Assembly (NCBI GenBank): GCA_038321985.1
Contig: JBBQFN010000001.1
Location: forward strand, 192,001 to 256,000
DNA: 64,000 nucleotides
Origin: Cyanophyceae cyanobacterium
GTDB lineage: Bacteria > Cyanobacteriota > Cyanobacteriia > Cyanobacteriales > Laspinemataceae
Direction: 5' to 3'
Shown: in pieces, positions 1-11,239 of the stretch
Numbering within the stretch: position 1 is the first letter of the stretch
Layout of the letters: each line of letters starts with the position of its first letter
Position numbers and translations under genes: made by a program
Notes under the pieces: generated by a model
Database searches by the model: none
What the model saw: the letters and a program-made list of their open reading frames with translations, nothing else
What the model was told of the DNA's origin: nothing

Positions 1-1689
1 ATATCCCTGGGTTTGGGCAGTCGGTGCAAACGGGTGAATCTTCCCAAATTCCGGCCAAGTTACCGGAATCATTTCTGCGGTTGCATTCAGCTTCATGGTA
101 CAAGAACCCAAGGGAATCATCGAGGTAGTTAGAGATAAATCCTTGGATTCCAGGCGATGCAGGTAGCGCAACAGTTCCGTTTCCGAGTGATAGCGATTAA
201 ACACTGGATGAGTGAGATAGCTGCTAGTCCGGGCAAATTGGGGGTCAAAGTTGCTGATTACCTCCCCTGCCAGTTGTTCCACCGTAAACGGCAACGGTTC
301 CCCACTGGCGAAAATCTGCCACAAATTCTGCAAATCTTCCAGGGTCGTTGTTTCATCTAAACTAATGGACAGGGTGGTTTCATCCAGAATTCGGAGATTA
401 ATCTGATGGTTCGCTGCTGCTGCGAGAATTTCTGACTGGGATTTGATCCCCAACTCCACTCGCAATGTATCAAAAAAGGGTTTGGAACCGAGGTTGTATC
501 CCAGACGGCTTAACCCTTCGGCTAAAATTACCGTGAGACGATGGACCGTTTCCGCAATCCGTTTAATGCCTTGAGGACCGTGATATACCGCATACATGGA
601 GGCAATTACGGCTAACAAAACTTGGGCGGTGCAAATATTGCTAGTCGCCTTTTCTCGACGGATATGCTGTTCCCGGGTTTGTAGGGCCAACCGCAAAGCG
701 CGATGGCCATTCATATCCTTAGAAACTCCGACAATCCGTCCCGGAATCTGCCGTTTATACTCGTCCCGGGTGGCAAAATAGGCGGCGTGTGGTCCACCAT
801 AACCCAAAGGTACCCCAAACCGTTGGGTACTTCCCACTGCAATATCAGCCCCAAATTCGCCAGGAGGAGTGAGTAATGCCAAACTCAAAATATCTGCCGC
901 AACCGTGGCGACTGCCCCAGCAGCATGAGCTTTTTCCACAAATTCCCGATAGTCATAAACTGCCCCATCGGTTGCCGGATATTGTAACAACACCCCAAAC
1001 ACTGGGCGATCGAAGTTAAATTGCCCAGGATTGCCAACAATCACCTCAATACCCAGGGGTCTAGCCCGAGTTTGGACGACTTCAATGGTTTGGGGGTGAC
1101 AATCCTCACTGACAAAATAGGTATTCGCCTTCGTTTTCGATAACCCATAACTCAGGGTCATCGCTTCCGCCGCCGCCGTCGCCTCATCCAAGAGAGAAGC
1201 ATTGGCAATTTCCAATCCCGTCAAATCCACAATCATCGTCTGGAAATTCAGCAGGGCCTCCAATCGTCCTTGGGCGATTTCCGCCTGGTAGGGGGTGTAT
1301 GCCGTGTACCAACCGGGATTTTCTAGAATATTGCGCTGAATGACTGGCGGCGTGATGCAGTCATGGTATCCCATGCCAATAAAGGACCGAAAGAGTTGAT
1401 TATGGGAGGCGATTTGTTTGAGATAGGTTAAAGCTGCCGTTTCGCTGAGGGGTTGAGGGAGGTTCAGCGGGGACTTGCGGCGAATGCGACTGGGAACTGT
1501 AGACTCAATCAGGGAATCCAGACTGGAAAACCCCAGTTCCTGAAGCATTTGCTCAACTTCATCCGGGGAGGGTCCGTTGTGTCGGTTGACAAAGGCATCA
1601 GGTGCGATCGCCGGTTGAGATTCGGCAGCAGTAGGCGCAGAGTGTTTTAATAAATCTGTGTCGTTCACCGTTGTCTCGAAATTTAGCAT
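1..1689 (-). CDS. gcvP: Glycine dehydrogenase (glycine cleavage P protein), 5' part; runs off the left edge of the window
   Basis: Not in the ORF track. Manual translation from ATG 1689: MLNFETT...FVNRHNGPS...[51 protein letters not shown]; lies downstream of gcvH. Confidence 0.96.
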   Translation of the reverse strand, partial: MLNFETTVNDTDLLKHSAPTAAESQPAIAPDAFVNRHNGPSPDEVEQMLQELGFSSLDSLIESTVPSRIRRKSPLNLPQPLSETAALTYLKQIASHNQLFRSFIGMGYHDCITPPVIQRNILENPGWYTAYTPYQAEIAQGRLEALLNFQTMIVDLTGLEIANASLLDEATAAAEAMTLSYGLSKTKANTYFVSEDCHPQTIEVVQTRARPLGIEVIVGNPGQFNFDRPVFGVLLQYPATDGAVYDYREFVEKAHAAGAVATVAADILSLALLTPPGEFGADIAVGSTQRFGVPLGYGGPHAAYFATRDEYKRQIPGRIVGVSKDMNGHRALRLALQTREQHIRREKATSNICTAQVLLAVIASMYAVYHGPQGIKRIAETVHRLTVILAEGLSRLGYNLGSKPFFDTLRVELGIKSQSEILAAAANHQINLRILDETTLSISLDETTTLEDLQNLWQIFASGEPLPFTVEQLAGEVISNFDPQFARTSSYLTHPVFNRYHSETELLRYLHRLESKDLSLTTSMIPLGSCTMKLNATAEMIPVTWPEFGKIHPFAPTAQTQGY

Positions 1690-1884
1690 GAGGAAGATTT
1701 GGGGATGATGTTAACAGCAACAATAGGCGGGGGATGGATCCCCCGCCGGTTGATCGGGCGTACAGATGCTGGGTTGACGGAGAATGGTGCAAGATCTCAG
1801 ATAAATCTGAAAATTTCTTATATCGGTTCCGGAGGGGGGCTGATATCAGCAATTCAGACTGGGAGTAGGCACACCCAAAGTTAT

Positions 1885-2274
1885 TTATTCTCCTTCGACT
1901 TGGGCGCGATATTCATTCGCTGACATCGCCTCTTCGAGTTCATCCGGGTCATTAATGCGTACCTTCAGCAACCACCCTTCACCATAGGGGTCATCTCCAA
2001 TCAATTCTGGGGCATCAATCACCTCGCGGTTCCGTTCTACAATCGTGCCGGATATGGGGGCATAGAGGTCTTCTACCGCCTTAACTGACTCAATCGTACC
2101 AAAAGTGGAGCCTTTTTCCAGGGCTTCACTAATATCGGGCAGTTCCACAAACACGATGTCCCCGAGTTGATCAATAGCAAAGGCGCTGATGCCTATGGTA
2201 GCAATTTCCCCATCTAGGCGGACGTACTCATGGCTATCGAGGTATTTTAGATCTTCGGGATATTCAAGGTTCAC
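1885..2274 (-). CDS. gcvH: Glycine cleavage system H protein
   Basis: [25 protein letters not shown], lipoyl motif [13 protein letters not shown]. Confidence 0.97.
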   Translation of the reverse strand: MNLEYPEDLKYLDSHEYVRLDGEIATIGISAFAIDQLGDIVFVELPDISEALEKGSTFGTIESVKAVEDLYAPISGTIVERNREVIDAPELIGDDPYGEGWLLKVRINDPDELEEAMSANEYRAQVEGE

Positions 2275-2514
2275 GATTATTTCCTCACACTAATGCAGGG
2301 GATTTCCCTCATCATAGAAAGGACGCCTCTGCAAGGCAATCATAATGGGCGGATTCTGCAAATATCTCCTTTTTCCAGGGGAAGTTAGCAGTTACTACCC
2401 TAGATTTTTTATTGGGCGGCAGTGAATAGCTAATATCATATAAACTTGATTTTGTCAAGGGCTACATTTAGAAGATATTGCAGATTATCAACATCATTAA
2501 CCCCATGTGAGGGC

Positions 2515-2586
2515 GTAGGGGGTGTCAGTCAGACCTAAACTGGACAAATAGAACCCATCAACTCTCAGTCTGAGTGACGAACCCTA
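2515..2586. repeat. REP-like imperfect inverted repeat starting with GTAG
   Basis: GTAGGGGGTGTCAGTCAGAC ... GTCTGAGTGACGAACCCTA form imperfect complementary arms. Confidence 0.5.
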
Positions 2587-2620
2587 TTAAACTTATCAAG
2601 AGGCGATCGCTTCTATTAAA

Positions 2621-2683
2621 AACCACAGATTTCACAGATTTTCACAGAGATTTAATCTGTGTCACTCCGTGAAATCTGTGGTT
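2621..2683. repeat. Palindromic dispersed repeat, AACCACAGAT...ATCTGTGGTT family, copy 1
   Basis: AACCACAGATTTCAC ... GTGAAATCTGTGGTT perfect 15-bp arms with internal CACAGA sub-repeats; related copy at 40899-40960. Confidence 0.75.
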
Positions 2684-2711
2684 ATCAACAACCGATTTGT
2701 TACAAATTCAA

Positions 2712-5018
2712 TTATTTCTCAATTGGCTGAAATTCTTTAGCGGGATAGGTCTTAACTGGGAACTGGAAGATGGCGAAAATTGCCTTCATAGTAAAGATAA
2801 ACATCGATACAGTTCCTAAGGCGAACACAATATCCCCGGGAATCCTTAACCAGACGGTCCAGCGCATCCAGGGGGAACCGATGACTTCGGCACTTCGTGC
2901 GTACCAGGTTCCGTATTCTACGGATTGTGCGAGTTGATAAAATCCGTTGGGAATTAATCCGAAGACTAGCATCATGACTAATCCGATATTAATGGCCCAG
3001 AATGCGAATTTAATCCAGCGATCGTCCCAGGCGGTATCAGGAACAAATTCGCGTAAGGCAAACAGCATGAGGGCGATCGCCAAGCAGCCATAGACCCCAA
3101 ATAAGGCGGCGTGAGCATGAATTGGGGTGGTATTGATTCCTTGAGAATAATACAACACAATCGGCGGATTAATTAAGAATCCAAACACGCCTGCACCGAT
3201 TAAGTTCCAAATACAAGTGGCGATGAAAAATCGCAAGGGCCAGCGATAAAACCCTTCGGCTTCTTTAGACAATTTCAAGGTTTTTAAAATTTCAAAGCCA
3301 ATTAGAGTTAGCGGTACAACTTCTAAAGCGGAAAAGACGGAACCGATCGCCGCAATAAAGGAGGGCGTTCCAGAAAAGTAAAGGTGATGCAGGGTTCCAA
3401 TCACACCACTGCCTAAATACAATAGGGTGGTTAAATAGGTGGCACGCAGGGCAGAAGACCGACGTAAAAAGCCTAATTCACTACATAAATAGGCAATTAC
3501 CACGGTAGCAAACACCTCGAAAAATCCTTCGACCCAAAGATGAATCACCCACCAGCGCCAATACTCAGCAATACTCAAGGGAGTGTGATTGGTGTACATC
3601 AATCCCACGGAGTAAAACAGGGGAATGGTGATGGCACTATACAGGAAAAAGTGACTCAATCCGGTTGGGCTTTTTTCCTTTTGTAAGGCCGGTTTAAATC
3701 CGCGATACAGTAACCACAGCCAGAATATCATCGCGACAATCAGCAAGATTTGCCAGATGCGGCCTAGTTCGATATATTCATAGCCTTGATGTCCCCAGAG
3801 GAAGCTATTTTTGACGCTAAATAGACCTTGAACAGCGGCCCAAGACCCCACAAGGGAACCGACAACAACGACGGTTAATGCGCCCAATAAAATGCTATTG
3901 CCGAGGGCTTGTCCTTTAGGTTCATAGCCACTAAATCGCGGCGCAAAATAGAGTCCGGCAGCTAACCAACAAGTGGCAATCCAGAAAATAGCCAGTTGCA
4001 AATGCCAGGTCCGGGTAGCGGCATAAGGCAGGTATTGGTTGAGGGGAATCCCATAAAATCCTTCTCCTTCTACGGCATAATGGGCGGTAAACATTCCCAT
4101 CATGATTTGCACGAGAAAGAGTGCCATTGCTACGCCAAAAAATAACGAGGTTACCTTCTGGCTGGGGGTAGGAATTCGCACGGCGGGACGGGCGGGGACG
4201 GGTAATACTTCGTCTCCCTCTTCTTTTAAATAGATGAAGAGAAAAATCCCAATTCCGGCAATTAAAACGATGACGGAAACGATTGACCATATCAGAAATT
4301 GGGCCGGGGGTTGGTTACCAATTAAATCATCATGAGGCCAGTTTGCGGTGTAGGAAAAGGGTGCATTGGGTCGATTGGCGGACGCTGCCCACGATGTCCA
4401 GGCAAAGAAGGCGGTGACATCATGAATCTGGCTATCATCTTTGAACCAACCGGAGGGGATGGAGTGAATTGCTGAACCTTTGGCTAGGAGTTCATGATAG
4501 TCTTTGAAAACCTCTTGGAGTCCTTGACTTTGAGCGTCAGTTAAGAGGAGTTCTTGGGTTTCTGGACTATACCGATTGGTTTTAAATTGTTCGCTGACTC
4601 GCGCTTGCAGACTGGCGCGTTCGGGGGCGGGTAATGCTTGTAAATCCTTTTGAGAAAAGCTGGGATTGTTGTTATATAATACGCCTGCGGTGGCTAATCC
4701 CCAGCGATGTAAGACATCGGCGGTCCAGTCGGGGGCGAGGTAGCTGCCATGTCCCCAGATGCTGCCGATATCTTGTCCTCCGCGAGAGAGGTAGATTTCC
4801 TGTCCGGATTGGATGTTAGCTTGGGTGACGAGGATTTCTTGATTGGGCGATCGCACGATGTCGGGAACGGGTGGAGCATTTTTGGAAATGACCGCCCCTG
4901 CCCACAGTAATACACTGAAGGCAATGATACAAATTAGTGCTAACCAGGCGGGTAAGGTGAGTTCTCGCTTACTGGGACTGATTGCACCTTTGGCATCTAA
5001 TAGGGCTGAATCTGCCAT
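2712..5018 (-). CDS. norB: Quinol-dependent nitric oxide reductase (qNOR, single subunit)
   Basis: GSIWGHGSYLAPDWTAD, RTWHLQ, EYWRWWVIHLWVEGFFEVF, GTLHHLY, HAHAALFGVYG heme/non-heme Fe ligand motifs; 768 aa, polytopic. Confidence 0.95.
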   Translation of the reverse strand: MADSALLDAKGAISPSKRELTLPAWLALICIIAFSVLLWAGAVISKNAPPVPDIVRSPNQEILVTQANIQSGQEIYLSRGGQDIGSIWGHGSYLAPDWTADVLHRWGLATAGVLYNNNPSFSQKDLQALPAPERASLQARVSEQFKTNRYSPETQELLLTDAQSQGLQEVFKDYHELLAKGSAIHSIPSGWFKDDSQIHDVTAFFAWTSWAASANRPNAPFSYTANWPHDDLIGNQPPAQFLIWSIVSVIVLIAGIGIFLFIYLKEEGDEVLPVPARPAVRIPTPSQKVTSLFFGVAMALFLVQIMMGMFTAHYAVEGEGFYGIPLNQYLPYAATRTWHLQLAIFWIATCWLAAGLYFAPRFSGYEPKGQALGNSILLGALTVVVVGSLVGSWAAVQGLFSVKNSFLWGHQGYEYIELGRIWQILLIVAMIFWLWLLYRGFKPALQKEKSPTGLSHFFLYSAITIPLFYSVGLMYTNHTPLSIAEYWRWWVIHLWVEGFFEVFATVVIAYLCSELGFLRRSSALRATYLTTLLYLGSGVIGTLHHLYFSGTPSFIAAIGSVFSALEVVPLTLIGFEILKTLKLSKEAEGFYRWPLRFFIATCIWNLIGAGVFGFLINPPIVLYYSQGINTTPIHAHAALFGVYGCLAIALMLFALREFVPDTAWDDRWIKFAFWAINIGLVMMLVFGLIPNGFYQLAQSVEYGTWYARSAEVIGSPWMRWTVWLRIPGDIVFALGTVSMFIFTMKAIFAIFQFPVKTYPAKEFQPIEK

Positions 5019-5427
5019 TGCAATATTTTCCCCGATTTATTGATGAATGATTTTCAACTCACTCGATAGTAGCGAATCTAACTGAATATTGACTGAATTT
5101 TGACAAATTTATAAAAGTTTATAAGTAACTAGGCGCAAATATTCCTCTGGTGGTTTTACCTAAAATCCTTTCCCAGCAAGGGCTATGCGGTTAGCCCACT
5201 TCGGTTTAATTACGCCCACCTACTTATTTTTATTAAATATTTTAGGGTTAAAAAGGGATAATTTATACCCATTTGATGTTGACAATTTGGTTAATCCTGT
5301 CAATAAATTTCAGAATTTATGGGCAGAGGGAGAAAATGAATGAAAACTGAAAGATTATATTCACAGGTGGGGAGGCGATCGCATCTGCAAAGAACAGAAA
5401 TTTTAGGACAACGGGACCTCATGGGTT

Positions 5428-5494
5428 AGAAACCGGGTTTCTTGATAAAATTTTGGGTGATTCGCAAGCAAGATGGGCGAGAAACCCGGTTTCT
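5428..5494. repeat. Paired short palindromes AGAAACC(G/C)GGTTTCT (cyanobacterial dispersed repeat)
   Basis: AGAAACCGGGTTTCT at 5428-5442 and AGAAACCCGGTTTCT at 5480-5494, flanked by TAGGACA/TGTCCTA. Confidence 0.7.
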
Positions 5495-5523
5495 TGTCCT
5501 ACTTATCGAGGGGGAACCGACGC

Positions 5524-6006
5524 CTATTGAAGGGTAACTCTCGCCCCGGATTGTTCCAGTTGCAGCTTGGCGGATTCGGCTTCCGATTCGGGAATTTGAC
5601 GGAGGATAATTTGCGGGGCGGATTCAATCAATTCTTTGGCTTCTTTGAGTCCTAAGCCGGTGAGGGTTCTCACGGTTTTCAGTATGGCAATTTTAGACTC
5701 GGGGGGGGCAAATTGTAAAATTACATTGCAGAATTCAGGGGAGAGAGTGAGAGGATAATCTTCTTCAAATTCTGGGATTTTGATGTCTAAATGATGGAAG
5801 ATTAAATCAAGTTTGCGTTCGATTTGTTTAAGGCGGCGATCGCTTGGAAGGGTAGGATTGTTTCCGAGTTGTCGTTCGATTTGTTTAAGGCGGCTATTAT
5901 AATGCTCGACGGTATGGGGGAGACCTGCTGTTTTCAGGCCGAAGAGGATTCGTGTCAAAGTGAACGTCGTGATCGCAATAAAGGCTACTATGATTATAAG
6001 TTCCAT
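5524..6006 (-). CDS. Membrane-anchored protein with a ribosomal L7/L12 C-terminal-like domain (not the true rplL)
   Basis: N-terminal hydrophobic helix; C-terminal KIAILKTVRTLTGLGLKEAKELIESAP...AKLQLEQSGARVTL. Confidence 0.8.
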   Translation of the reverse strand: MELIIIVAFIAITTFTLTRILFGLKTAGLPHTVEHYNSRLKQIERQLGNNPTLPSDRRLKQIERKLDLIFHHLDIKIPEFEEDYPLTLSPEFCNVILQFAPPESKIAILKTVRTLTGLGLKEAKELIESAPQIILRQIPESEAESAKLQLEQSGARVTLQ

Positions 6007-6079
6007 CGTTTTGGGGTTTTATGAAGAGGGTTGGGGATGGCCCATGATTCTAGTATATTTCTAGTGATTGTGGGATAAA

Positions 6080-6104
6080 CCCCCGTTGCAATAAGCAACG
6101 GGGG
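6080..6104. terminator. Hairpin downstream of hisB (probable terminator)
   Basis: CCCCCGTTGC-aataa-GCAACGGGGG perfect 10-bp stem. Confidence 0.55.
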
Positions 6105-6142
6105 ATAACGACAGCAAGTCGTTACTACGAACAGGGGGAAAG

Positions 6143-6805
6143 TTAGAGGACGCCTTTAGAACTGGGGATGGTGGTGCCGCGACGGGGGTCGATTTCGGTT
6201 GCCATGCGGAGACTTCGGGCGAAGGCTTTAAAGGTGGCTTCGATGATGTGATGGGAATTGATGCCGTCGAGTTGGCGGATATGTAAGGTCATTTGGGCGT
6301 GATTGACGATCGCCACGAAGAATTCTCGCACCAATTGGGTGTCATACGTTCCCACTCGTTGGGTGGGAATCTCTAAGCCATAGCTTAAGTGAGGACGACC
6401 GGAAAAGTCGAGGGCGACTTGAATTAAGGCTTCATCAAGGGGGGCGACAAAGTGACCGAAACGGATGATACCTTTGCGATCGCCCAGGGCTTTTCCTAAT
6501 GCTTGACCTAATGTAATCCCCACATCTTCATTGGTATGATGGTCATCAATTTCTATATCTCCGGTAGCTTTTACCTCTAGGTCAATCAAGCCGTGAGAAG
6601 CAATTTGATGTAACATATGGTCGAGAAACGGGACTCCTGTAGCAGCGGTACAGTGTCCTTGACCATCGAGATTAATGGTCACATGGACATCGGTTTCCCC
6701 TGTGGTGCGTCGGACGGTGGACATCCGGGGGAGTTGGCCTAAATTTTGTGCGGAGTCAGAATTTGAGGGAGTTTCGGAGGGGGTTCGGCTAATACTTGTC
6801 TGCAT
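6143..6805 (-). CDS. hisB: Imidazoleglycerol-phosphate dehydratase
   Basis: [41 protein letters not shown]. Confidence 0.97.
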   Translation of the reverse strand: MQTSISRTPSETPSNSDSAQNLGQLPRMSTVRRTTGETDVHVTINLDGQGHCTAATGVPFLDHMLHQIASHGLIDLEVKATGDIEIDDHHTNEDVGITLGQALGKALGDRKGIIRFGHFVAPLDEALIQVALDFSGRPHLSYGLEIPTQRVGTYDTQLVREFFVAIVNHAQMTLHIRQLDGINSHHIIEATFKAFARSLRMATEIDPRRGTTIPSSKGVL

Positions 6806-7001
6806 AATTGGCTTTGATGGCGATCGCTAAAAATAGTCTTAATTCCGATCTTATCTTGTCCGTGGGGGAACCTTGAAAATTTCAGAATAGAGGGCTTGAA
6901 TAAGGGAAAAAAAAACCCCCCAAACCCCCCTTAAAAACGCCAATCGGCTTTTGGGAATTGAAGCCCGAGTTTTAATCCATAAATTCTCAATTCTTCAGGG
7001 G

Positions 7002-7778
7002 TTACATACCCATAATGCAGTAACCGGAATCAACATAAATGACTTGACCCGTGATGCCACTGGATAAATCGCTACAGAGGAAAGCTGCGGTATTCCCGAC
7101 TTCCGTTTGGGTGACGGTACGACGGAGGGGGGCCATTTTTTCGACATGATGGATCATATCGAGGATGCCACCGACGGCAGATGAGGCGAGGGTACGGATG
7201 GGACCGGCAGAAATCCCATTAACGCGAACATTTTGGGGTCCGAGTTCAGCGGCGAGGTAGCGAACATTCATTTCTAAGGCAGCTTTGGCAATCCCCATTA
7301 CGTTGTAGTTGGGAATGACTCGGACACCACCGAGGTAGGTGAGGGTAACGATGCTGCCGCCTTCAGTCATGAAGGGTTTAGCGGCAGATGCTAGGGAAAT
7401 TAGGGAGTAGGCGCTAATATCCAAGGCGCGGGAAAAGCCTTCCCGAGAAGTGTTGCTGAAGTCTCCGGAGAGTTCGTCTTTGCCGGCAAAAGCTAGACAG
7501 TGGATGAGGATGTCGATTTTATCCCAGGTTTCGCGGATAGTGTCGAAGGTGGCTTGAATTTGAGCGTCATCTTGGACGTTGCAGGGAACGAACAAACTGG
7601 GATTAAGGGGTTCGACTAATTCCTTTACTTTTTTTTCTTGGCGGCCCTTTTCATCGGGAAGATAGGTAATACCGAGATTGGCCCCAGCGTTATGGAGTTG
7701 TTGCGCGATGCCCCAAGCGATGGAACGGTTGTTAGCAATTCCGGTAACTAAGGCGTTTTTTCCTGTTAAATCTAGCAT
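7002..7778 (-). CDS. fabI: Enoyl-ACP reductase
   Basis: GIANNRSIAWGIA, YNVMGIAKAALE, SAGPIRTLAS. Confidence 0.97.
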   Translation of the reverse strand: MLDLTGKNALVTGIANNRSIAWGIAQQLHNAGANLGITYLPDEKGRQEKKVKELVEPLNPSLFVPCNVQDDAQIQATFDTIRETWDKIDILIHCLAFAGKDELSGDFSNTSREGFSRALDISAYSLISLASAAKPFMTEGGSIVTLTYLGGVRVIPNYNVMGIAKAALEMNVRYLAAELGPQNVRVNGISAGPIRTLASSAVGGILDMIHHVEKMAPLRRTVTQTEVGNTAAFLCSDLSSGITGQVIYVDSGYCIMGM

Positions 7779-8112
7779 GGAGGGTTTATTCTAGTAAAAA
7801 TTACTCAGTAGCACGGGTTTAGCCCCAGGGCGAGGCTGGCGGGATCGGAGGGCTGTTCCTAAAAGAGCAGTCGCCCCTGATGGCGGTTGGTGTGCCACGG
7901 TTACAGCCTGGGGTGAGGCCAGTCGATGGACTTTCAAGAGTCTACCGCCATTGGTCTGTTCCCTAATTTGATTGAATCACAACGGGTGACTCTGCAACCT
8001 TGCCATAGGGCGATCGCTGTCCCGAGTAGGGTGTATTTGGCGCTTGCCTTGCTCAATGAAAGTAGACGGGAGAAGATTTTTATTCAGGGATAAGCCAACT
8101 GGTCGCAATTCT

Positions 8113-8126
8113 GTATCCCCAAGCAC
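8113..8126 (+). promoter_or_regulatory. Candidate NtcA autoregulatory site (GTA-N8-CAC, one mismatch to GTA-N8-TAC)
   Basis: tGTATCCCCAAGCACa about 145 bp upstream of ntcA. Confidence 0.35.
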
Positions 8127-8268
8127 AAAAAAACCGCGAACGGTCAGTTTAATTAATGTAAAGTACAAAAGTCAGAGAACTCTAACACGAGCGGGTCGCT
8201 AATGACAATAAACCGTTAGCAAGTCATCAAAAAAGAAGATAGTACATGACAAATTAGAAGGAACGGAT

Positions 8269-8940
8269 ATGGTAATGACCCAAGATAGACCACTAGCCGC
8301 AGTATTCCGTCAGATGGGAAGTGGATCGTTTCCCCCAGTGGTGGAGAATTACGAGCGAGGAAAGACCATCTTTTTCCCGGGGGACCCCGCCGAACGGGTT
8401 TATTTTTTACTTAAAGGTGCCGTTAAACTATCCCGAGTGTATGAAGCGGGAGAGGAAATTACCGTGGCCCTGCTCCGAGAGAATAGCGTATTTGGGGTAC
8501 TCTCCCTGATTACCGGCCACCGTTCAGACCGCTTTTATCATGCGGTTGCCTTTACTCCGGTAGAGTTGCTTTCAGTGCCGATTGACCAGGTGGAAAAGGC
8601 GCTGAAGGAGGATGCTGAACTGTCGATGTTGATGTTGCAGGGCTTGTCTTCGCGCATTTTGCAGACAGAAATGATGATTGAAACCTTGGCACACCGGGAT
8701 ATGGGATCGCGGTTGGTGAGTTTTCTGCTGATTCTGTGCCGGGATTTTGGGGTGCCGACTTCTGAGGGGATTACGATTGATTTAAAATTGTCTCATCAGG
8801 CGATCGCGGAAGCAATTGGATCGACTCGCGTCACGGTCACCCGCCTGCTGGGGGATCTACGCTGCGAACAGATGATCTCGATTCATAAAAAGAAAATCAC
8901 GGTTCATAACCCGGTGGCTTTGAGTCAGCAATTTACCTGA
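8269..8940 (+). CDS. ntcA: Global nitrogen regulator NtcA (CRP family)
   Basis: [73 protein letters not shown]; divergent from fabI. Confidence 0.98.
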   Translation: MVMTQDRPLAAVFRQMGSGSFPPVVENYERGKTIFFPGDPAERVYFLLKGAVKLSRVYEAGEEITVALLRENSVFGVLSLITGHRSDRFYHAVAFTPVELLSVPIDQVEKALKEDAELSMLMLQGLSSRILQTEMMIETLAHRDMGSRLVSFLLILCRDFGVPTSEGITIDLKLSHQAIAEAIGSTRVTVTRLLGDLRCEQMISIHKKKITVHNPVALSQQFT

Positions 8941-9355
8941 TCTCAACCGCCGACTGATCACAGTTGACAGCAGAGGGCAGAGAAAATCCGGGAGTTGGGG
9001 GTCGTCGGGGTGAGAGTGAGGAGGTCTTCCGTTGAGTTTCTGCCCTTACGGGACTCTCAGGGGGTACAGTCGGCTTCGATCTGTCTGAAATAAAACTGAT
9101 AAAACTGAGTTTAATCCCACGGTTGGGGAGGAAAGAAGGGGCGATCGCACCGGAATCTGGAAATAGTGATTATGGGATCCGGTGTGAGAGGTTAAGTTCA
9201 AGGCGGTATTCAGCGAAAAAACCGTAGGCTGCTGCCATCAGGCTGGGCATCGAGATCTGCTATAGTGCAAGAGAGCGGAACTTTGCCGGACGTCCTAGCA
9301 AAGTGTTTTAGCTCCATAAGTTTTTTCTCGGCTAGATCTGGACGGAGTTGAATAA

Positions 9356-11116
9356 GTGATGACGAGCGCATACGTCCTGATACTGGCTGTTTTAGTCTTG
9401 GGGGGGTTGCTCGCCACCCTAGGCGATCGCCTGGGTACAAAAGTCGGTAAGGCCCGGTTAAGTCTGTTTGGTCTGCGCCCGAGACAAACCGCTACAATCG
9501 TAACCATTGGGACTGGGTTAATGATTGCTGCCTCAACCTTGAGTATTCTGTTTGCCACGAGTAAGTCCTTGCGAATAGGAGTTTTTCAATTGGATGAAAA
9601 ACTCAAAGAATTACGAGAAGCTCAGAAACAACTTGTGGCAGTGGTGACCCAAAAACAGCAGGTGGAAGTCGAACTCACCCAAGCTCGGGAACAGCAGGTG
9701 GCAGCGCAACAGCAGTTAAATGAGATTGATCAGTCGTTGCAATCGGCGATCGTAAAACAAGCGGTTACTGAGGCGCAATTGAATCAAACCCAGACTAAGC
9801 TGAATCAAACCCAGAATCAACTTACCGGCATTCAAACGGATTTTCAGCAAGCTAAAACCGAACTGAGTGTGATTGAAGGGAAATTCGATAGCGCTCAAAA
9901 TCAGCTTGAGGACGTTTCCCAGCAAGCACAGAAGCTACGGAATGATATTGCCGCGCTTCAGGTGGAACGGCAGGACTTGATCGAACAGGGGGAGCAAGTT
10001 AAAGCGACGATTGTGCAGCGCGATCGGGAACTGGCGCTAAAACAGCAGGAAATTGAGCAGCAAAAGCAGGAAGCGGCACAGCAAAGGCTTTCATTAGCTG
10101 CGCAGAAAAACTTACTGGATGAGCAGGAAACGCGGCTGATTCAACAGCAACAGCAAATTGCCCTTCAATCCGGGGAGATTGCCGAACAACAAGCGCAGAT
10201 GGTGGCACAAGAGACAGAGATTGCTCAGCAAAAGCAGGCGATAGAGATTCAACAGCAAGAGCTAGGGGAACAAGAACAGAAAATCGCACGGCAGGAGCAA
10301 GCGATCGCCACTCAGGAGCAAGCGATCGCCCTTCAAGAGCAGGAAATTGCCCAGCGCGATCGCCAGATTTCCGAGCAGGAAGTGGCGATTTCTGAGCAAC
10401 AAACGTTACTCAAACAGTTAGGAACCCAACAAGCCTTTCTGCAAGGGGAGGTGCAAAGTCTGGAACGAGATTTTCAACTGTTGCGGGAAGGAACGGTTGC
10501 CATTCGTCGTAATCAAGTATTGGCTTCGGGGGTTTTGCGGGTCCTCCGCCCGGAAGGCGCTCCCCAAGCAACAAAGGAACTTTTAAAAGAAGCCAATCTC
10601 GCGGCGATCGCCTTGATTCGTCCGGGAACAACCCAACTCAATGAATGGTCGATCGCCATTACGGATACGGAACTCGACCAACTCATTGAACAAATCGATG
10701 ATGGTCAAGATTATGTAGTCAGAATTCTCTCCGCAGCCAATTATTTATTGGGGGAACGGCAAGTGAATGTTTTTGCTGATGCGGTTCCGAATGAGGTGGT
10801 ATTCGCACCCGGAGAACTGGTGGCAACGACTTCGGTGCAGCCCTCTAAAATGAGTGAAGATGATATTAAAGAACAATTGAATTTATTATTAGCGGCGGCT
10901 AATTTCCGAGCGCGTCGCTCCGGTATTGTAACGGATACTATTCAAATTGGAGATGGCCGTATAGCGGCTTTGTTGGAATTTGTGAAGCAGCTTCAAGATA
11001 ATAATGAACCGGGAATTATCCAAGCGGTATCTGCTCGGCAAACCTATACTTCGGGTCCACTGACCCTAGAATTTTTGGTGGTTCATCAGGGAAAGGTTGT
11101 ATTTCGCACGGATTAG
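9356..11116 (+). CDS. DUF3084-family coiled-coil membrane protein
   Basis: GGLLATLGDRLGTKVGKARLSLFGLRPRQTA N-terminus; long Q/E heptad coiled coil; follows ntcA. Confidence 0.85.
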   Translation: MMTSAYVLILAVLVLGGLLATLGDRLGTKVGKARLSLFGLRPRQTATIVTIGTGLMIAASTLSILFATSKSLRIGVFQLDEKLKELREAQKQLVAVVTQKQQVEVELTQAREQQVAAQQQLNEIDQSLQSAIVKQAVTEAQLNQTQTKLNQTQNQLTGIQTDFQQAKTELSVIEGKFDSAQNQLEDVSQQAQKLRNDIAALQVERQDLIEQGEQVKATIVQRDRELALKQQEIEQQKQEAAQQRLSLAAQKNLLDEQETRLIQQQQQIALQSGEIAEQQAQMVAQETEIAQQKQAIEIQQQELGEQEQKIARQEQAIATQEQAIALQEQEIAQRDRQISEQEVAISEQQTLLKQLGTQQAFLQGEVQSLERDFQLLREGTVAIRRNQVLASGVLRVLRPEGAPQATKELLKEANLAAIALIRPGTTQLNEWSIAITDTELDQLIEQIDDGQDYVVRILSAANYLLGERQVNVFADAVPNEVVFAPGELVATTSVQPSKMSEDDIKEQLNLLLAAANFRARRSGIVTDTIQIGDGRIAALLEFVKQLQDNNEPGIIQAVSARQTYTSGPLTLEFLVVHQGKVVFRTD

Positions 11117-11239
11117 GAGAGTGGGGTTAGTTGTTGCTTCTTTGGATCCAGGTTAATTGGGGTAAAGCGGAACCCGAATTTCCAGGCTGCTGCAAGGGTG
11201 TTATTCAGTTAGAGTAATCATTAAAAAGGACAAGAATTT

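Noticed and set aside
157..1923. Short ORFs at 157, 596, 1453, 1598 and 1699
   Set aside because: Antisense or off-frame shadows of gcvP and its leader; the track misses gcvP because it runs off the window edge
1690..2500. Glycine riboswitch near gcvH/gcvP
   Set aside because: I could not identify the conserved aptamer motifs by eye
5524..6006. Calling this gene rplL
   Set aside because: It has an N-terminal TM helix, lacks the L12 dimerisation domain, and is not next to rplJ
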